Shown in pieces: positions 39,781-50,308 of a stretch of DNA of 64,000 nucleotides (the first letter of the stretch is position 1; every line of letters begins with the position of its first letter). A program made the translations under genes and the position numbers. The stretch is from an uncultured Candidatus Saccharibacteria bacterium. Its GTDB lineage: Bacteria > Patescibacteriota > Doudnabacteria > UBA920. The stretch lies in the NCBI GenBank assembly GCA_964436545.1, contig CAYTCJ010000005.1, positions 12,713 to 76,712 of the forward strand. Direction: 5' to 3'. Under the pieces are notes generated by a model. That model was given only the letters and a program-made list of their open reading frames with translations, searched no databases and was not told the DNA's origin.

Positions 39781-40555
39781 TGAAATTAAAATTCATCCAT
39801 ATCCCAAAATCCCACTTTTGCCCGAAGAGCGAGAGGTCATGGTTAGCCAAGGGGAAGAAAAATTACCCGGGACTCCCAAAAGTGCCGAAGCCTCATTATT
39901 ATTAGACAGAGAAATAAATAAGGTTTTGAGATTTGATGGAAAAAATTCTCAAGATATAAAAAATTTTTGCAGAAGTCTTTTAGAAGACTGGGTAAACAAT
40001 CCGGACAACATGGTGGGATTTTTTAGTAGAGCTTATGAGCAATCTCAGAATAGCCAAGATTTTGCAACAAGAGTTAAAACATTGGAAACATGTCTAACTC
40101 AAAATTTAGCAGATTTGCTGAAGCGAGTGGAAAGTCCAAAGGCGAATGCCATTGGCAAATTTATGAAATTAGCCGTGACAAATCCAATATACGGAGATCG
40201 TGCCCGGGCGATTTTAAGAGGATTTTTTGAAAATGCTCACACCCCGGCTCAATTTATTGATTTATTATATGAGTTTGGTATTGCTTTTATGAAAGAAAGC
40301 GATAGGCAGATGTCAGATGAGTTGTGTAAAATTTTATTGTGGGATTCTGATATTTGTCCTAGATCGCGCGAAAGGGCAATGCGATATCTCTTAGCATTAT
40401 ATATGCAAGGTGGTGAAGTAGTATTTAAGAAATGGACGGAAATAGATGCAGTAATTGCCATGTTTTGTAAAAAGCAACTGCCAGAATCTTCCCAATTATT
40501 TATTGAACAAATAAATGATATCGGTGATGATCGTGAGCTATGGATGTGGGATTGA
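39770..40555 (+). CDS. Hypothetical protein; possibly the N-terminal part of a frameshifted gene
   Basis: 261-aa ORF with no recognisable motif; overlaps the next ORF by 16 bp. Confidence 0.5.
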   Translation: MLDSEIKIHPYPKIPLLPEEREVMVSQGEEKLPGTPKSAEASLLLDREINKVLRFDGKNSQDIKNFCRSLLEDWVNNPDNMVGFFSRAYEQSQNSQDFATRVKTLETCLTQNLADLLKRVESPKANAIGKFMKLAVTNPIYGDRARAILRGFFENAHTPAQFIDLLYEFGIAFMKESDRQMSDELCKILLWDSDICPRSRERAMRYLLALYMQGGEVVFKKWTEIDAVIAMFCKKQLPESSQLFIEQINDIGDDRELWMWD

Positions 40556-41568
40556 AATTTTGTAGAGATAATCCAGACAAAAAGGATGGCTATATAACAT
40601 ACCGTAGCTTAACAATAGAAGCAGAAAAAAAATTTGGTTTAGTTAAAGTAAGTGGTGAGACATTAGGAAATGTATGGCCATTTACTTTATTTTCCAACCC
40701 TGGGCCTTTAAAAGTTTTGTATAATAAACGATTGGAGCAAGAAAATCCCAACATTGTTCGCATTAGAGTTCCAAATTCACAGACGGGTGAGAGTTTATTA
40801 AAAGTTAAATCACAAAATGAAATAAATAGATATATAATTGAGAATTTAGCTTCTGCTAGAGAACTGACCTTAATTGGCAGAGCTGATGTGGAATTTTTGT
40901 TTTATTTAAGGCCAGAGATTACAAGTGATAAATTAGATGAATTAGCTTTGACAAATTCAAATATCAAACAAAAAATTGTTGTAAGTAAGATTTACGGAAT
41001 TAGTCCAAGGGGCGATAGGGTGTTAGTGACGGCAGATGAAGCTAAGAAGTTAAAATATCATAATGTTTGTTATGAGTTGAGTCCGTCTAACGTGGAAGTA
41101 CCTATAAAATGCACGGTTTTAGTGGATAGAACACAAGTTGTCTTTGGTATAAATAAAAATTATGATGTTGTAGAATTTCCTACTGGAGCAGAGTTGGAGG
41201 TTGAGGCAAAAAAAAGAGCTTTTTTAGATTATTTTATTTTAAGTCATTTATATGAACTACAGTGTTCCGAAAGAATACAACATGGATCAGATCGGCAAGG
41301 AGTTAGTAGAGAAAGTGAATTTAGAGATCGTAGAGCCCATTTACGGCGTTTACCTCAAGGCCAAAAGCCATCAGCTGATGCAATCGGACGAGCAAATCAA
41401 GATCCAAATAGGTTTAATTTAATTGAAATAAACCGAATGAATGACATAGCTGGTAACTCTTCACAAACTTATGTCAGTCCTGTTCATAAGCCAGCACCAG
41501 GGGATCAGCCACTATTATCTTATGCGCCAAACGCATTTGATACTTTTAGAAGTATTATTACTAAGTAG
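40540..41568 (+). CDS. Hypothetical protein with C-terminal RRAHLRRLP...TYVSP motif
   Basis: 342-aa ORF; no glycan-enzyme motif seen. Confidence 0.55.
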   Translation: MDVGLKFCRDNPDKKDGYITYRSLTIEAEKKFGLVKVSGETLGNVWPFTLFSNPGPLKVLYNKRLEQENPNIVRIRVPNSQTGESLLKVKSQNEINRYIIENLASARELTLIGRADVEFLFYLRPEITSDKLDELALTNSNIKQKIVVSKIYGISPRGDRVLVTADEAKKLKYHNVCYELSPSNVEVPIKCTVLVDRTQVVFGINKNYDVVEFPTGAELEVEAKKRAFLDYFILSHLYELQCSERIQHGSDRQGVSRESEFRDRRAHLRRLPQGQKPSADAIGRANQDPNRFNLIEINRMNDIAGNSSQTYVSPVHKPAPGDQPLLSYAPNAFDTFRSIITK

Positions 41569-41571
41569 TTT

Positions 41572-42465
41572 ATGCTTTATTTATATAACGAATATTTTTC
41601 TTTTTTGCCAAAGCTAAAGCGGTTTTTGGGTAAACCTTCTCGGGGCCCGGAAGCGGTTTTTAATAATTTAATTTTAGGACTTAAGGAAATTGGCCAGGAG
41701 TTTTTAGTTAATCAGCCTTTTTCTGAAAGAATGGACAAGGTTTGTGTTTTAAGCGGAATAGAAGTTTTAAAAAAGGCCATAAAACAAAAAAAATTGGGAA
41801 AAATTAACACACTCATTGCCGGGCCAAATATTGTGGTGCATCCTAACGAAGCCGAAGGGATTTTAAAATCATCGGAAATTGATTGTCTGATAGTACCCAG
41901 TCTTTGGGTAAAAGATTTTTATATTTCACTTGCTCCGGAATTAAAAAATAAAATTCAAATTTGGGCATCCGGAGTTGCCGACCAGGGTAGTAAATTAGCG
42001 ACTACCGAGGAAGTTTTTGTTTATGATAAATCACCTAATGGGTGCTTGCCGGAAAAAATCAATCAATTTTTACAAGCTCAAGGACAGCGGGTAAATTATC
42101 AGGTGTACGGCAAAATCAATCATGAGGCATATTTGGCTAAGCTCAAAAAGACTGCGTTTATGGTATATTTAAGTGGAAGCGAAAGCCAAGGGTTAACCTT
42201 GTTTGAAGCATGGATGGCTAATGTGCCGACTTTGGTTTGGGATAGGGGGTATATGCAGTATAAGAACTTAACCTGGCAAGGCAATACTTCTGCTCCATAT
42301 TTAAGTAAAGAAACCGGGTTATTTTTTAGAGATCTGGAAGATTTTAAAGAAAAATATCAATATATGTTGGCGCATTATGCTGAGTTTAATCCCCGAGTAT
42401 ATATGCTGAAAAATTTTACTAATAAAATTACCACTGAAAATTTTTTAAAACTTATTAGTCTTTAA
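41572..42465 (+). CDS. GT-B glycosyltransferase
   Basis: RGP, AGPN, VPS.WV, SESQGLTLFEAW. Confidence 0.7.
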   Translation: MLYLYNEYFSFLPKLKRFLGKPSRGPEAVFNNLILGLKEIGQEFLVNQPFSERMDKVCVLSGIEVLKKAIKQKKLGKINTLIAGPNIVVHPNEAEGILKSSEIDCLIVPSLWVKDFYISLAPELKNKIQIWASGVADQGSKLATTEEVFVYDKSPNGCLPEKINQFLQAQGQRVNYQVYGKINHEAYLAKLKKTAFMVYLSGSESQGLTLFEAWMANVPTLVWDRGYMQYKNLTWQGNTSAPYLSKETGLFFRDLEDFKEKYQYMLAHYAEFNPRVYMLKNFTNKITTENFLKLISL

Positions 42466-42471
42466 TTTTAG

Positions 42472-42503
42472 TAGACTTTAATACTTTGGGGTATCGAAGT
42501 CTA
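42472..42503. repeat. Imperfect intergenic palindrome
   Basis: TAGACTTTAATAC-TTTGGG-GTATCGAAGTCTA. Confidence 0.6.
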
Positions 42504-42510
42504 AACCTAC

Positions 42511-43248
42511 ATGCTACGAAAAATAATCAAAAAACTTTATAGGATAATTATCGCCTTAATTAGCAGTTTATTTTGGTATACGAGGGATTGGTTTAAATAT
42601 AAAAATTTGTTAAATCAAGGGGGTAAAGAAGAAAATTTAAAGGTATTTCCGCAAATTTTTGACAGTGCTCCGGGAAGTCATACTTTTGATAAACATTATG
42701 TATATATGGACAGGTGGGCATTTAAACAAATTTTAAAACATAAGCCCTCGGTCCATATTGATGTGGGATCTTCCATTCGGTTTTTATCTATGGTATCGGC
42801 CATTACTCAGCTTAAGTTTGTAGATATTCGTCCCATTAAAACCGATTTTGATAATTTTGAATGCATTACCGGAAGTATTTTAAAGATGCCTTTTGAGAGC
42901 GAATCAGTAGTGTCTTTGTCGTGTTTGCATGTGGCTGAACATATTGGTTTGGGCAGATACGGGGATCCTTTAGATATTTTAGGTACGCAAAAAGCTTGTA
43001 GTGAATTGGCCAGAGTTTTAGCCCCGGGTGGACGTTTATATTTTGCTTTACCGATTGGGAAATCGGCAATATATTTTAATGCTCATCGGGTGCATAGTCC
43101 GGAGATAATTTTAACATATTTTAAAGATTTGCAACTCCAGAGTTTTTCGGTAATTACTGATCAAGGTCATTTTATGGAAAGAGCTAATATTGAAGATTAC
43201 AAGGACGCCACTTATGCTTGCGAGTGTTTTGAATTTACAAAAGATTAG
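42511..43248 (+). CDS. DUF268-like class I SAM-methyltransferase-fold protein
   Basis: HIDVGS, SCLHVAEHIGLGRYGDPLD, FNAHR. Confidence 0.8.
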   Translation: MLRKIIKKLYRIIIALISSLFWYTRDWFKYKNLLNQGGKEENLKVFPQIFDSAPGSHTFDKHYVYMDRWAFKQILKHKPSVHIDVGSSIRFLSMVSAITQLKFVDIRPIKTDFDNFECITGSILKMPFESESVVSLSCLHVAEHIGLGRYGDPLDILGTQKACSELARVLAPGGRLYFALPIGKSAIYFNAHRVHSPEIILTYFKDLQLQSFSVITDQGHFMERANIEDYKDATYACECFEFTKD

Positions 43249-43289
43249 ATCTATTTTTTAATACCTTACTCTGCTTGTAGACAAAAATT

Positions 43290-44054
43290 ATGAAAAATTT
43301 TTTAAAGTTTTTTTTAGGCAAAAGATTTGGACAAAAGTTTTTTAGACTGCTTTATGTTTTGAGTTTAAAAGGTATGAACTATGGTGGGGGGAGTAATTAT
43401 CAAGAGAGCGGGGAAGAGTGGGTGTTAAAATATATCGCCAAACAGACACCGGTTGCATCAATGGTGGTTTTTGATGTGGGTGGAAATGTAGGTAATTATG
43501 CAACTCAAGTGGCTAAAATTTTACCTTTGGCTAAAATTTTTAGTTTTGAGCCGGCTAAAAAAACCTTTGAAAGGTTACAGAAACACACTCAGGGCTACAA
43601 AAGTATTACCGCTTACAATTTGGCATTAGGTAATCAAACCGGCAAGGCGGTTTTATATTCTCACACTCACGAGTCAGGTTTGGCATCGGTGTATGACCGA
43701 GTCGGTTTAGATTTAAATTATCGGGAAGAAATTCAAATTAGTACTATTGATAATTTTTGTGAAGAACATAACCTAACCCGAATAGATTTTTTAAAGTTAG
43801 ATATTGAAGGGAATGAATATCGAGCATTAGAGGGGGCTCTTAAGATGCTAAAGGGGAATAAAATAAAATATATTCAATTTGAGTTTGGCGGAACCGATAT
43901 TGACGCCAGGATATTTTTTAGAGATTTTTATAAGTTACTCGCGCCTCAATACCAGCTGTTCAGGATTTTAAAAAATGGTTTGCACCCCATAGTTACTTAT
44001 CAAGAGACGGAAGAAATTTTTATTACCACTAATTATTTTGCAGAATTGAAATAA
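43290..44054 (+). CDS. FkbM family methyltransferase
   Basis: FDVGGNVG, SFEP, LKLDIEG.E, IQFEFG. Confidence 0.9.
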   Translation: MKNFLKFFLGKRFGQKFFRLLYVLSLKGMNYGGGSNYQESGEEWVLKYIAKQTPVASMVVFDVGGNVGNYATQVAKILPLAKIFSFEPAKKTFERLQKHTQGYKSITAYNLALGNQTGKAVLYSHTHESGLASVYDRVGLDLNYREEIQISTIDNFCEEHNLTRIDFLKLDIEGNEYRALEGALKMLKGNKIKYIQFEFGGTDIDARIFFRDFYKLLAPQYQLFRILKNGLHPIVTYQETEEIFITTNYFAELK

Positions 44055-44055
44055 T

Positions 44056-44829
44056 ATGCCCAAGGTCTCTGTAAATATTTTAACCAAGAATCGAGCCCGG
44101 CTGATACAGCGGTGCTTGGCCAGTGTGCAAAAACAGAGCTTTGCGGATTTTGAGATTGTGGTGGTAAATGATGGTTCTAACGATGAGACTGAGAAAATTT
44201 TAGAAGATTTTAAGGCCTCCGGCTCAAATTATAAAATTATTCAACATAAAATATCTTTGGGGATTACGCAAAGTCGACAAGAGGCTTTAGTAGCTTCGCA
44301 GGGCGAGTATATTGCCTTATTGGATGATGATGATGAATGGTTGGATATTGATAAATTAACAAAACAAGTAAATTTTTTAGACGAGCATCAAGAGTATGTT
44401 TTGGTGGGAGGAGGAATAAAAATAGAGTTAGGCATTAAGTCCACCAGAGGTGGATCCTCCTTTGGTGGAAATTATGAATTAAGAATGAGACCAGAGACAG
44501 ATGAGCAAATAAGAAAAACAATGTTGTTGAAAAATAACTTTTTTACTTCCACGGTTATGTTTAGAAGGGCAGAGGCAATAAAAGCGGGGGGATTCATAAA
44601 AGATGAACTGGATTTGGTAGAAGATTACGATTTGTGGCTTAGACTCGGCAAAGTGGGTAAGTTGTATAATTTTTCGGATGTATTTACCAAATATGCACAA
44701 AATGGTTATAATAAAGACAGGTTTAAAAGGTTTTTAATCAAACAGGGTTGGTTGGTTAAGCGATATAGTAAGGCTTACCCGTATGCCACAGTATCCCAAT
44801 TAATAATTAAGTTACGGCAATTAATGTGA
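44056..44829 (+). CDS. GT2 family glycosyltransferase
   Basis: VNDGSND, ALLDDDD, EDYDLWLR. Confidence 0.9.
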   Translation: MPKVSVNILTKNRARLIQRCLASVQKQSFADFEIVVVNDGSNDETEKILEDFKASGSNYKIIQHKISLGITQSRQEALVASQGEYIALLDDDDEWLDIDKLTKQVNFLDEHQEYVLVGGGIKIELGIKSTRGGSSFGGNYELRMRPETDEQIRKTMLLKNNFFTSTVMFRRAEAIKAGGFIKDELDLVEDYDLWLRLGKVGKLYNFSDVFTKYAQNGYNKDRFKRFLIKQGWLVKRYSKAYPYATVSQLIIKLRQLM

Positions 44830-44841
44830 TGGAGTTGGATT

Positions 44842-46152
44842 ATGTTAAATAAAAGAAATTCCATTGGCTTTTGGTTAATTTTTATCCCGGACGTATGTTT
44901 ATTGTATCTAAGCTTGTTTTTAGCTTTGCGGATTCGCTATGGGCAAGGTTTGACTCCGGAAATTCAAGATACGCATATTAAGGCTTTTTCATTAGTTTTT
45001 ATTTTTTGGCTAGTCGTGTTATTTAGTCATGGCTTGTTTGATTTTTCGGTTTTAAGGCGATATACCAAATTGTTTTTTAGTCTGCTTTCCGCCAGTGTGG
45101 TTAATATTGTTATTGCCATAATTATTTTTTATTTACAATCTAATTGGCTCCTAAGACCGGGCAGATTTTTAATTTTGCAAGTTGCTTTGGCCTTTGGGCT
45201 GTTATTTTTATGGTATTTGCTGATTAAATATATTTTTAAAAACCGATTAACTCAGGGTTTGTATCTGTTTTCATTCAACAACGAACTGCGGGAGTTAGAA
45301 CAGGAGATTTTAGCTAATAGCTTTTTAGGCTTTAAAGTTTTAGGTCATTTAAATGCCGAGACGTTAGGTAGTATTAAATTTAATTCTTCCGTAGGGATTA
45401 TTTTGCCCGACAATTTACAAGCTAATCCGGAAATATTAAAAAAGTTTTACGAATTAAGGACTTTAGGGGTGAATTTTTATAACCATAAAAATTTTTACGA
45501 ACAGTTGTTACGCCGAGTGTACTTATCGCAAATAAATGAAATTTGGTTTTTGGAAAATATTGAATATAGAGAAAAACGCATCTATAATTTGGTTAAACGT
45601 TTGGTAGATATATTTTTAGGTTTGGTGGGTGTGATTTTGTTTTTTATTTCTTTGCCTTTTGTGTCGCTGGTGATTTTATTAAATTCTCGGGGCGGGGTAT
45701 TCTTTGCTCAAGAAAGAATCGGTCAGCATGGTAAGAAATTTAAGGTATATAAATATCGTTCTATGAAGCAGGGTACCGCAACCAATACTTGGACTTCGGT
45801 TAATGACCCGCGAATTACCTCGGTGGGAAAATTTTTAAGAATGTCTCGGATTGATGAACTGCCCCAGTTTATTAATTTAATTTTGGGGAATATGAGTTTA
45901 GTCGGCCCTAGGCCGGAGCAACCGCATTTGGTGGAAGACTTAAAACGCACGGTGCCGTTTTATGACGAAAGGCATTTGGTTAAACCCGGACTTACCGGTT
46001 GGGCCCAATTGAATATTTACGCTTCCACTTTGGAGGAAACCAAATTAAAACTTCAGTATGATTTATATTACATTAAACATAGAAGCATTTTGTTTGATTT
46101 GGAAATCATTATTAAGACCATTTATTATATTTTTACTTGGCAAGGGAGATAA
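44842..46152 (+). CDS. Polyprenyl-phosphate phosphoglycosyltransferase (WcaJ/WbaP-like initiating sugar transferase)
   Basis: N-terminal TM helices; KR..DI, YKYRSM, DPRIT, RIDELPQ, MSLVGPRP, KPGLTGWAQ. Confidence 0.92.
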   Translation: MLNKRNSIGFWLIFIPDVCLLYLSLFLALRIRYGQGLTPEIQDTHIKAFSLVFIFWLVVLFSHGLFDFSVLRRYTKLFFSLLSASVVNIVIAIIIFYLQSNWLLRPGRFLILQVALAFGLLFLWYLLIKYIFKNRLTQGLYLFSFNNELRELEQEILANSFLGFKVLGHLNAETLGSIKFNSSVGIILPDNLQANPEILKKFYELRTLGVNFYNHKNFYEQLLRRVYLSQINEIWFLENIEYREKRIYNLVKRLVDIFLGLVGVILFFISLPFVSLVILLNSRGGVFFAQERIGQHGKKFKVYKYRSMKQGTATNTWTSVNDPRITSVGKFLRMSRIDELPQFINLILGNMSLVGPRPEQPHLVEDLKRTVPFYDERHLVKPGLTGWAQLNIYASTLEETKLKLQYDLYYIKHRSILFDLEIIIKTIYYIFTWQGR

Positions 46153-46197
46153 CGGAGTTTAATTAAACTGATTAAATTTCTCATTTTTTGTAAAATT

Positions 46198-46206
46198 TGG
46201 TATAAT
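46198..46206 (+). promoter_or_regulatory. Extended -10 promoter element for the pil operon
   Basis: TGGTATAAT about 46 bp upstream of pilB. Confidence 0.5.
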
Positions 46207-46252
46207 AATGAAGTATTTTTAGCATTATTAAATTGATGAAACTAAAACAAAA

Positions 46253-48010
46253 ATGGATGCTAAACAGCTTAATGAGGCTCTAGTTAAACAAAAACTTTTA
46301 AATTTAGAGCAAATTACAGCCTTGGAACAGGAAAAATTTCAAGCCAAAGGAGTGGTGGCTTGGGAAGATTTTTTAGTTGATAAGAAAATTATTCAGGAAA
46401 AAGATTTGTTGAGCGTGAAGTCTGAATTGTTAAAGGTGCCTGTTGTAGATTTGCAAAGCTTAGAAATTAAACAAGACGTCCTAAATTTAGTTCCCGAACC
46501 CATTGCGCACCGACATAAAGTAATTAGTTTTCAAAAGGATAGCGAAAACTTGTCTTTAGCCATGGTGGATCCGGAGGATTTACAGACACGGGAATTTATA
46601 AAAAAGAAAACCGGTTTAAATATAAAGACTTTTCTAATTGGGCGTGTGAGTTTAGATTTTGGTTTGTCTAAGTACCATACTTCTCTGGAAAAAGAAATCA
46701 ATCATTTATTCAAACCCACTGACAAACCGTTAACTGAAGGAGCTAAAGCTACCGGGGAGAGTGCGGATGATTCGTTAAAGAAGATGGCGGAAGAAATTCC
46801 GGTCATTCGGGTAGTGGATACACTTTTGGAATATGCCATTTTTGAAAAAGCTTCCGATATTCATATTGAACCTCAGGAAAATTCTGTGGTAGTACGTTAT
46901 AGAATCGATGGAGTACTCCACGATGTGATGACTCTGCCAAAAGTGATTCAAGCGGCAATTGTAGCCAGAATTAAAGTTTTATCTAATTTAAAAATTGACG
47001 AGCATAGATTACCGCAAGACGGGAGATTTAAAGTGGAAAAAGAAGGTTTAAAATTTTCTTTACGTATTTCCACTATCCCGATTTTTGATGGAGAAAAAGT
47101 GGTGATTCGTTTATTGCAAGAATCCAGCAAAGTGGCCAGCTTGGACGATTTAGGGTTTCGAACTGTAAATGCCGAAGTGATATTAAGAAGTATCAAAAAA
47201 CCCCACGGAATGTTATTGGTTACCGGCCCTACGGGAAGTGGTAAATCCACTACTTTATATACGGTGTTATCGATTTTAAATACTAAATCCGTAAATATTT
47301 CCACCATTGAAGATCCGGTAGAATACCGGGTGGTGGGAGCCAATCAAATGCAAGTTAACCCGAAAATCGGGCTTACCTTTGCAATGGGTTTAAGAGCACT
47401 GTTAAGACAAGATCCGAATGTAATTATGATTGGAGAAATTCGCGATAAGGAAACCGCGGAAGAAGCAGTGCACGCGGCGATGACTGGGCATGTAGTTTTT
47501 AGTACTTTGCATACCAATAATTCTGCCGGAGCTTTACCGAGACTTTTGGATATTGGAGTAGAACCTTACTTGATTGCTTCCACTGTAAATGCGGTTTTGG
47601 CTCAAAGATTAGTGAGGTCAATTTGTCCTGAATGCAAGACGGAATATAAGTTAGATACCGCTAACATTGAAGCTTTAAGCAAGGAATTTCATATAGAAAA
47701 GTTAATTGCAGTTTTGATTAAAGAAAAAATAATTCCGGCCAAAACTAAAGATATTAAAGAAATTAAGTTTTTCAAAGGCAAGGGGTGCGATAAGTGCGGT
47801 CACACCGGTTATAAAGGTAGGTTGGGTATTCATGAGATTTTAGAAATGACACCCAAAATCGGAGAAATGATAATGTCCCACAAATCTTCGGGCGAAATTC
47901 AAGATGAGGCGGAAAAGAATGGCATGACACTAATGTGGGAGGATGGCTTTATTAAAGCAGTCAAAGGGATTACCACAGTAGATGAAATTTTAAGAGTAAG
48001 CAAAGAATAA
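46253..48010 (+). CDS. pilB: Type IV pilus assembly ATPase (GspE/PilB)
   Basis: ASDIHIEP, RLPQDG, GPTGSGKST, EDPVE, LRQDP, GEIRD, CxxC/CxxC zinc motif. Confidence 0.95.
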   Translation: MDAKQLNEALVKQKLLNLEQITALEQEKFQAKGVVAWEDFLVDKKIIQEKDLLSVKSELLKVPVVDLQSLEIKQDVLNLVPEPIAHRHKVISFQKDSENLSLAMVDPEDLQTREFIKKKTGLNIKTFLIGRVSLDFGLSKYHTSLEKEINHLFKPTDKPLTEGAKATGESADDSLKKMAEEIPVIRVVDTLLEYAIFEKASDIHIEPQENSVVVRYRIDGVLHDVMTLPKVIQAAIVARIKVLSNLKIDEHRLPQDGRFKVEKEGLKFSLRISTIPIFDGEKVVIRLLQESSKVASLDDLGFRTVNAEVILRSIKKPHGMLLVTGPTGSGKSTTLYTVLSILNTKSVNISTIEDPVEYRVVGANQMQVNPKIGLTFAMGLRALLRQDPNVIMIGEIRDKETAEEAVHAAMTGHVVFSTLHTNNSAGALPRLLDIGVEPYLIASTVNAVLAQRLVRSICPECKTEYKLDTANIEALSKEFHIEKLIAVLIKEKIIPAKTKDIKEIKFFKGKGCDKCGHTGYKGRLGIHEILEMTPKIGEMIMSHKSSGEIQDEAEKNGMTLMWEDGFIKAVKGITTVDEILRVSKE

Positions 48011-48016
48011 CATTAA

Positions 48017-49246
48017 TTGAATATAGTTGTGTTTGATTTTGTTTACAACGCCATCACCAAGACCGGACAAAGGGTTTCGGGGAATATTCAAGCTCTAAAC
48101 CCCGAATCTGCCGGACATATGCTTAAAGAGCAAGGACTTTTACCTATAGAAATTTCTTTGGCTAAAAGCAATGCTTCGGTTTTTAGTTTTTTTAAAAATA
48201 TTACCACCATTTCTTTAGAAGAAAAAATTGTGTTTGTGGATAATTTGGCCATTATGCTTAAAAGTGGCATTGCGATCACCCGAGCTTTACAAATTCAGGT
48301 TAAACAAACGCAAAATCCAAGATTTAAAACTATCCTGTCGGATATTGCCAGCTTGGTTGAAGCTGGAAAATCTTTGGGTGAAAGTTTAGAAAAACACAAC
48401 AATATTTTCTCCAATATTTTTATTAGCATGGTCAAAGTGGGGGAGTTATCGGGAAATTTAGATAAATCCTTAGAGTATTTAACTATCCAGCTTCACCGGG
48501 AAGCGGATTTAAAATCTAAAGTCCGGGGCGCCATGATTTATCCCGCAGTCATTATTAGTGCTATGGTGATTATTGGAATCCTGATGTCGATTTTTGTTTT
48601 ACCTAAGCTTACCAGTATTTTTAAAGATTTTGGTTCGGCTAAACTACCAGTGATGACCAGAGTGGTTATAACCATTGCAGATTTTATGAGTGCTAACGGA
48701 GTGTTGATGATTGGTTTATTAGTCGCCAGTATTTTTGGCATAATTTTTGCAAATCGGACTTATCAAGGAAAAAAGTTTTTTGATTGGTTATTTATTAAAA
48801 TGTTGGTAATCGGTCCGATTGTTAAAAAAATTAATTTAGCCGTTTTTGCCAGAGTTTTAAGTTCCTTGCTTAAAAGTGGAATTTCGGTGGTTGAGGCCTT
48901 GGAGGTATCGGCTAATTCCATAGACAGTTTACCGTATAGGGAGTTGGTTTTGGAGAGTTCTAACCAGGTCCGATTGGGAAAAAATTTAACTCAAGTGTTA
49001 AGTCAAGATGAGCAATTATTTCCGGTATTAGTGGTGCAAATGCTTCAAGTTGGAGAAGAATCGGGTACGGTGGAGGAAATTTTAGGCCAGTTAGCCGTGC
49101 ATTATGAGGAAGAAGTTGATACAATAATGAAGAACCTCTCTTCAATTATTGAACCTTTGTTATTGTTAGTAATTGGTGGGGTAGTGGGGATTCTAGCCGT
49201 AGCTTTAATTTCCCCCATATATAATATTAGTCAATCGATTAAATAA
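48017..49246 (+). CDS. pilC: Type IV pilus platform protein (GspF/PilC); start may be GTG 48029
   Basis: GELSGNL, AMIYP, GEESG, IEP. Confidence 0.92.
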   Translation: MNIVVFDFVYNAITKTGQRVSGNIQALNPESAGHMLKEQGLLPIEISLAKSNASVFSFFKNITTISLEEKIVFVDNLAIMLKSGIAITRALQIQVKQTQNPRFKTILSDIASLVEAGKSLGESLEKHNNIFSNIFISMVKVGELSGNLDKSLEYLTIQLHREADLKSKVRGAMIYPAVIISAMVIIGILMSIFVLPKLTSIFKDFGSAKLPVMTRVVITIADFMSANGVLMIGLLVASIFGIIFANRTYQGKKFFDWLFIKMLVIGPIVKKINLAVFARVLSSLLKSGISVVEALEVSANSIDSLPYRELVLESSNQVRLGKNLTQVLSQDEQLFPVLVVQMLQVGEESGTVEEILGQLAVHYEEEVDTIMKNLSSIIEPLLLLVIGGVVGILAVALISPIYNISQSIK

Positions 49247-50296
49247 ATGAAGTTTTTTAATTCCATACAAAAAGGTTTTGGATTAGACATTGGCGGAAAT
49301 TCCATAAAATTTTTGGAAATTCAGGCAACGCAGAATGCAACTAAAATTATGGGGATGAGCGATGTGGCTTTACCTAAGGGTTTAATAGTGAACGATACCA
49401 TATCTGATCCCAAAACTTTAATTTATTTGTTGCACTCGGCGTTACAAAAGCCAGAGTTTGGCAAGTTCAGTAATTTACCAGTCTGTGTTTCTTTGCCAGA
49501 GTCAAAATCTTTTGTGCGGGTTATACAATTACCTTTAATGCGTGAGAGTGAAATTGAAACCGCAGTACCAGTTGAGGCGGAGAGTTTTATTCCGTTACCG
49601 ATTAATCAAGTGTATTTAGATTGGCAAGTGTTGGCTACTAAGGAAGATAAGCTGGAAATTTTAATTATTGCTTCACCTAGGAGTTTTGTTGATGGGTATT
49701 TGAGCATTTTTGATGAAGCCAAATTAGATGTTTGTGCTATGGAAGTGGAATCACAAAGTTGTCATCGAGCTTTGATTCCGCGCAAGTCCCAGACCACCAG
49801 CCTGATAGTGGATATAGATAGCTTTCGAACCAGTTTAATAATGATAGAAAAGGGCAGTTTACAATTTACTTCCTCAATTCCCATAGCCGGAAGCAGTTTT
49901 ACCGATTCCATTGCTAAAACTTTGGGCGTGTCAGGACAAAAGGCGGAATTAATTAAACGGACAGTCGGTTTGGCCAATACTCCTGAGTATCCTAATTTAA
50001 GATCTTCGCTGGATAATTTAATTAAGAGTTTGTCTGCGGAAATTAAAAATATATTAAAATTTCATGCCGAACACTCCAATAATAAGATTGAAAGTTTAAT
50101 TTTAGCCGGTGGGGGAGCCAAAGCTAAAAATCTTGCCGAAATTTTAAAAAATGAATTTTTGAACGAACAAATTAATGTAGAATTAGGCGACCCGTTTATT
50201 AATTTATCCAATTTGGTTTCTCCGCCTTTAGCTAAATTTGAAGCTTTAAATTTTACAACAGCCGTCGGTTTGGCTTTAAGAAACTTACATTTATAA
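49247..50296 (+). CDS. pilM: Type IV pilus assembly protein PilM
   Basis: GLDIG, IPL..VYLD, LAGGG, TTAVGLALR. Confidence 0.9.
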   Translation: MKFFNSIQKGFGLDIGGNSIKFLEIQATQNATKIMGMSDVALPKGLIVNDTISDPKTLIYLLHSALQKPEFGKFSNLPVCVSLPESKSFVRVIQLPLMRESEIETAVPVEAESFIPLPINQVYLDWQVLATKEDKLEILIIASPRSFVDGYLSIFDEAKLDVCAMEVESQSCHRALIPRKSQTTSLIVDIDSFRTSLIMIEKGSLQFTSSIPIAGSSFTDSIAKTLGVSGQKAELIKRTVGLANTPEYPNLRSSLDNLIKSLSAEIKNILKFHAEHSNNKIESLILAGGGAKAKNLAEILKNEFLNEQINVELGDPFINLSNLVSPPLAKFEALNFTTAVGLALRNLHL

Positions 50297-50308
50297 TCAA
50301 CTAATGAA

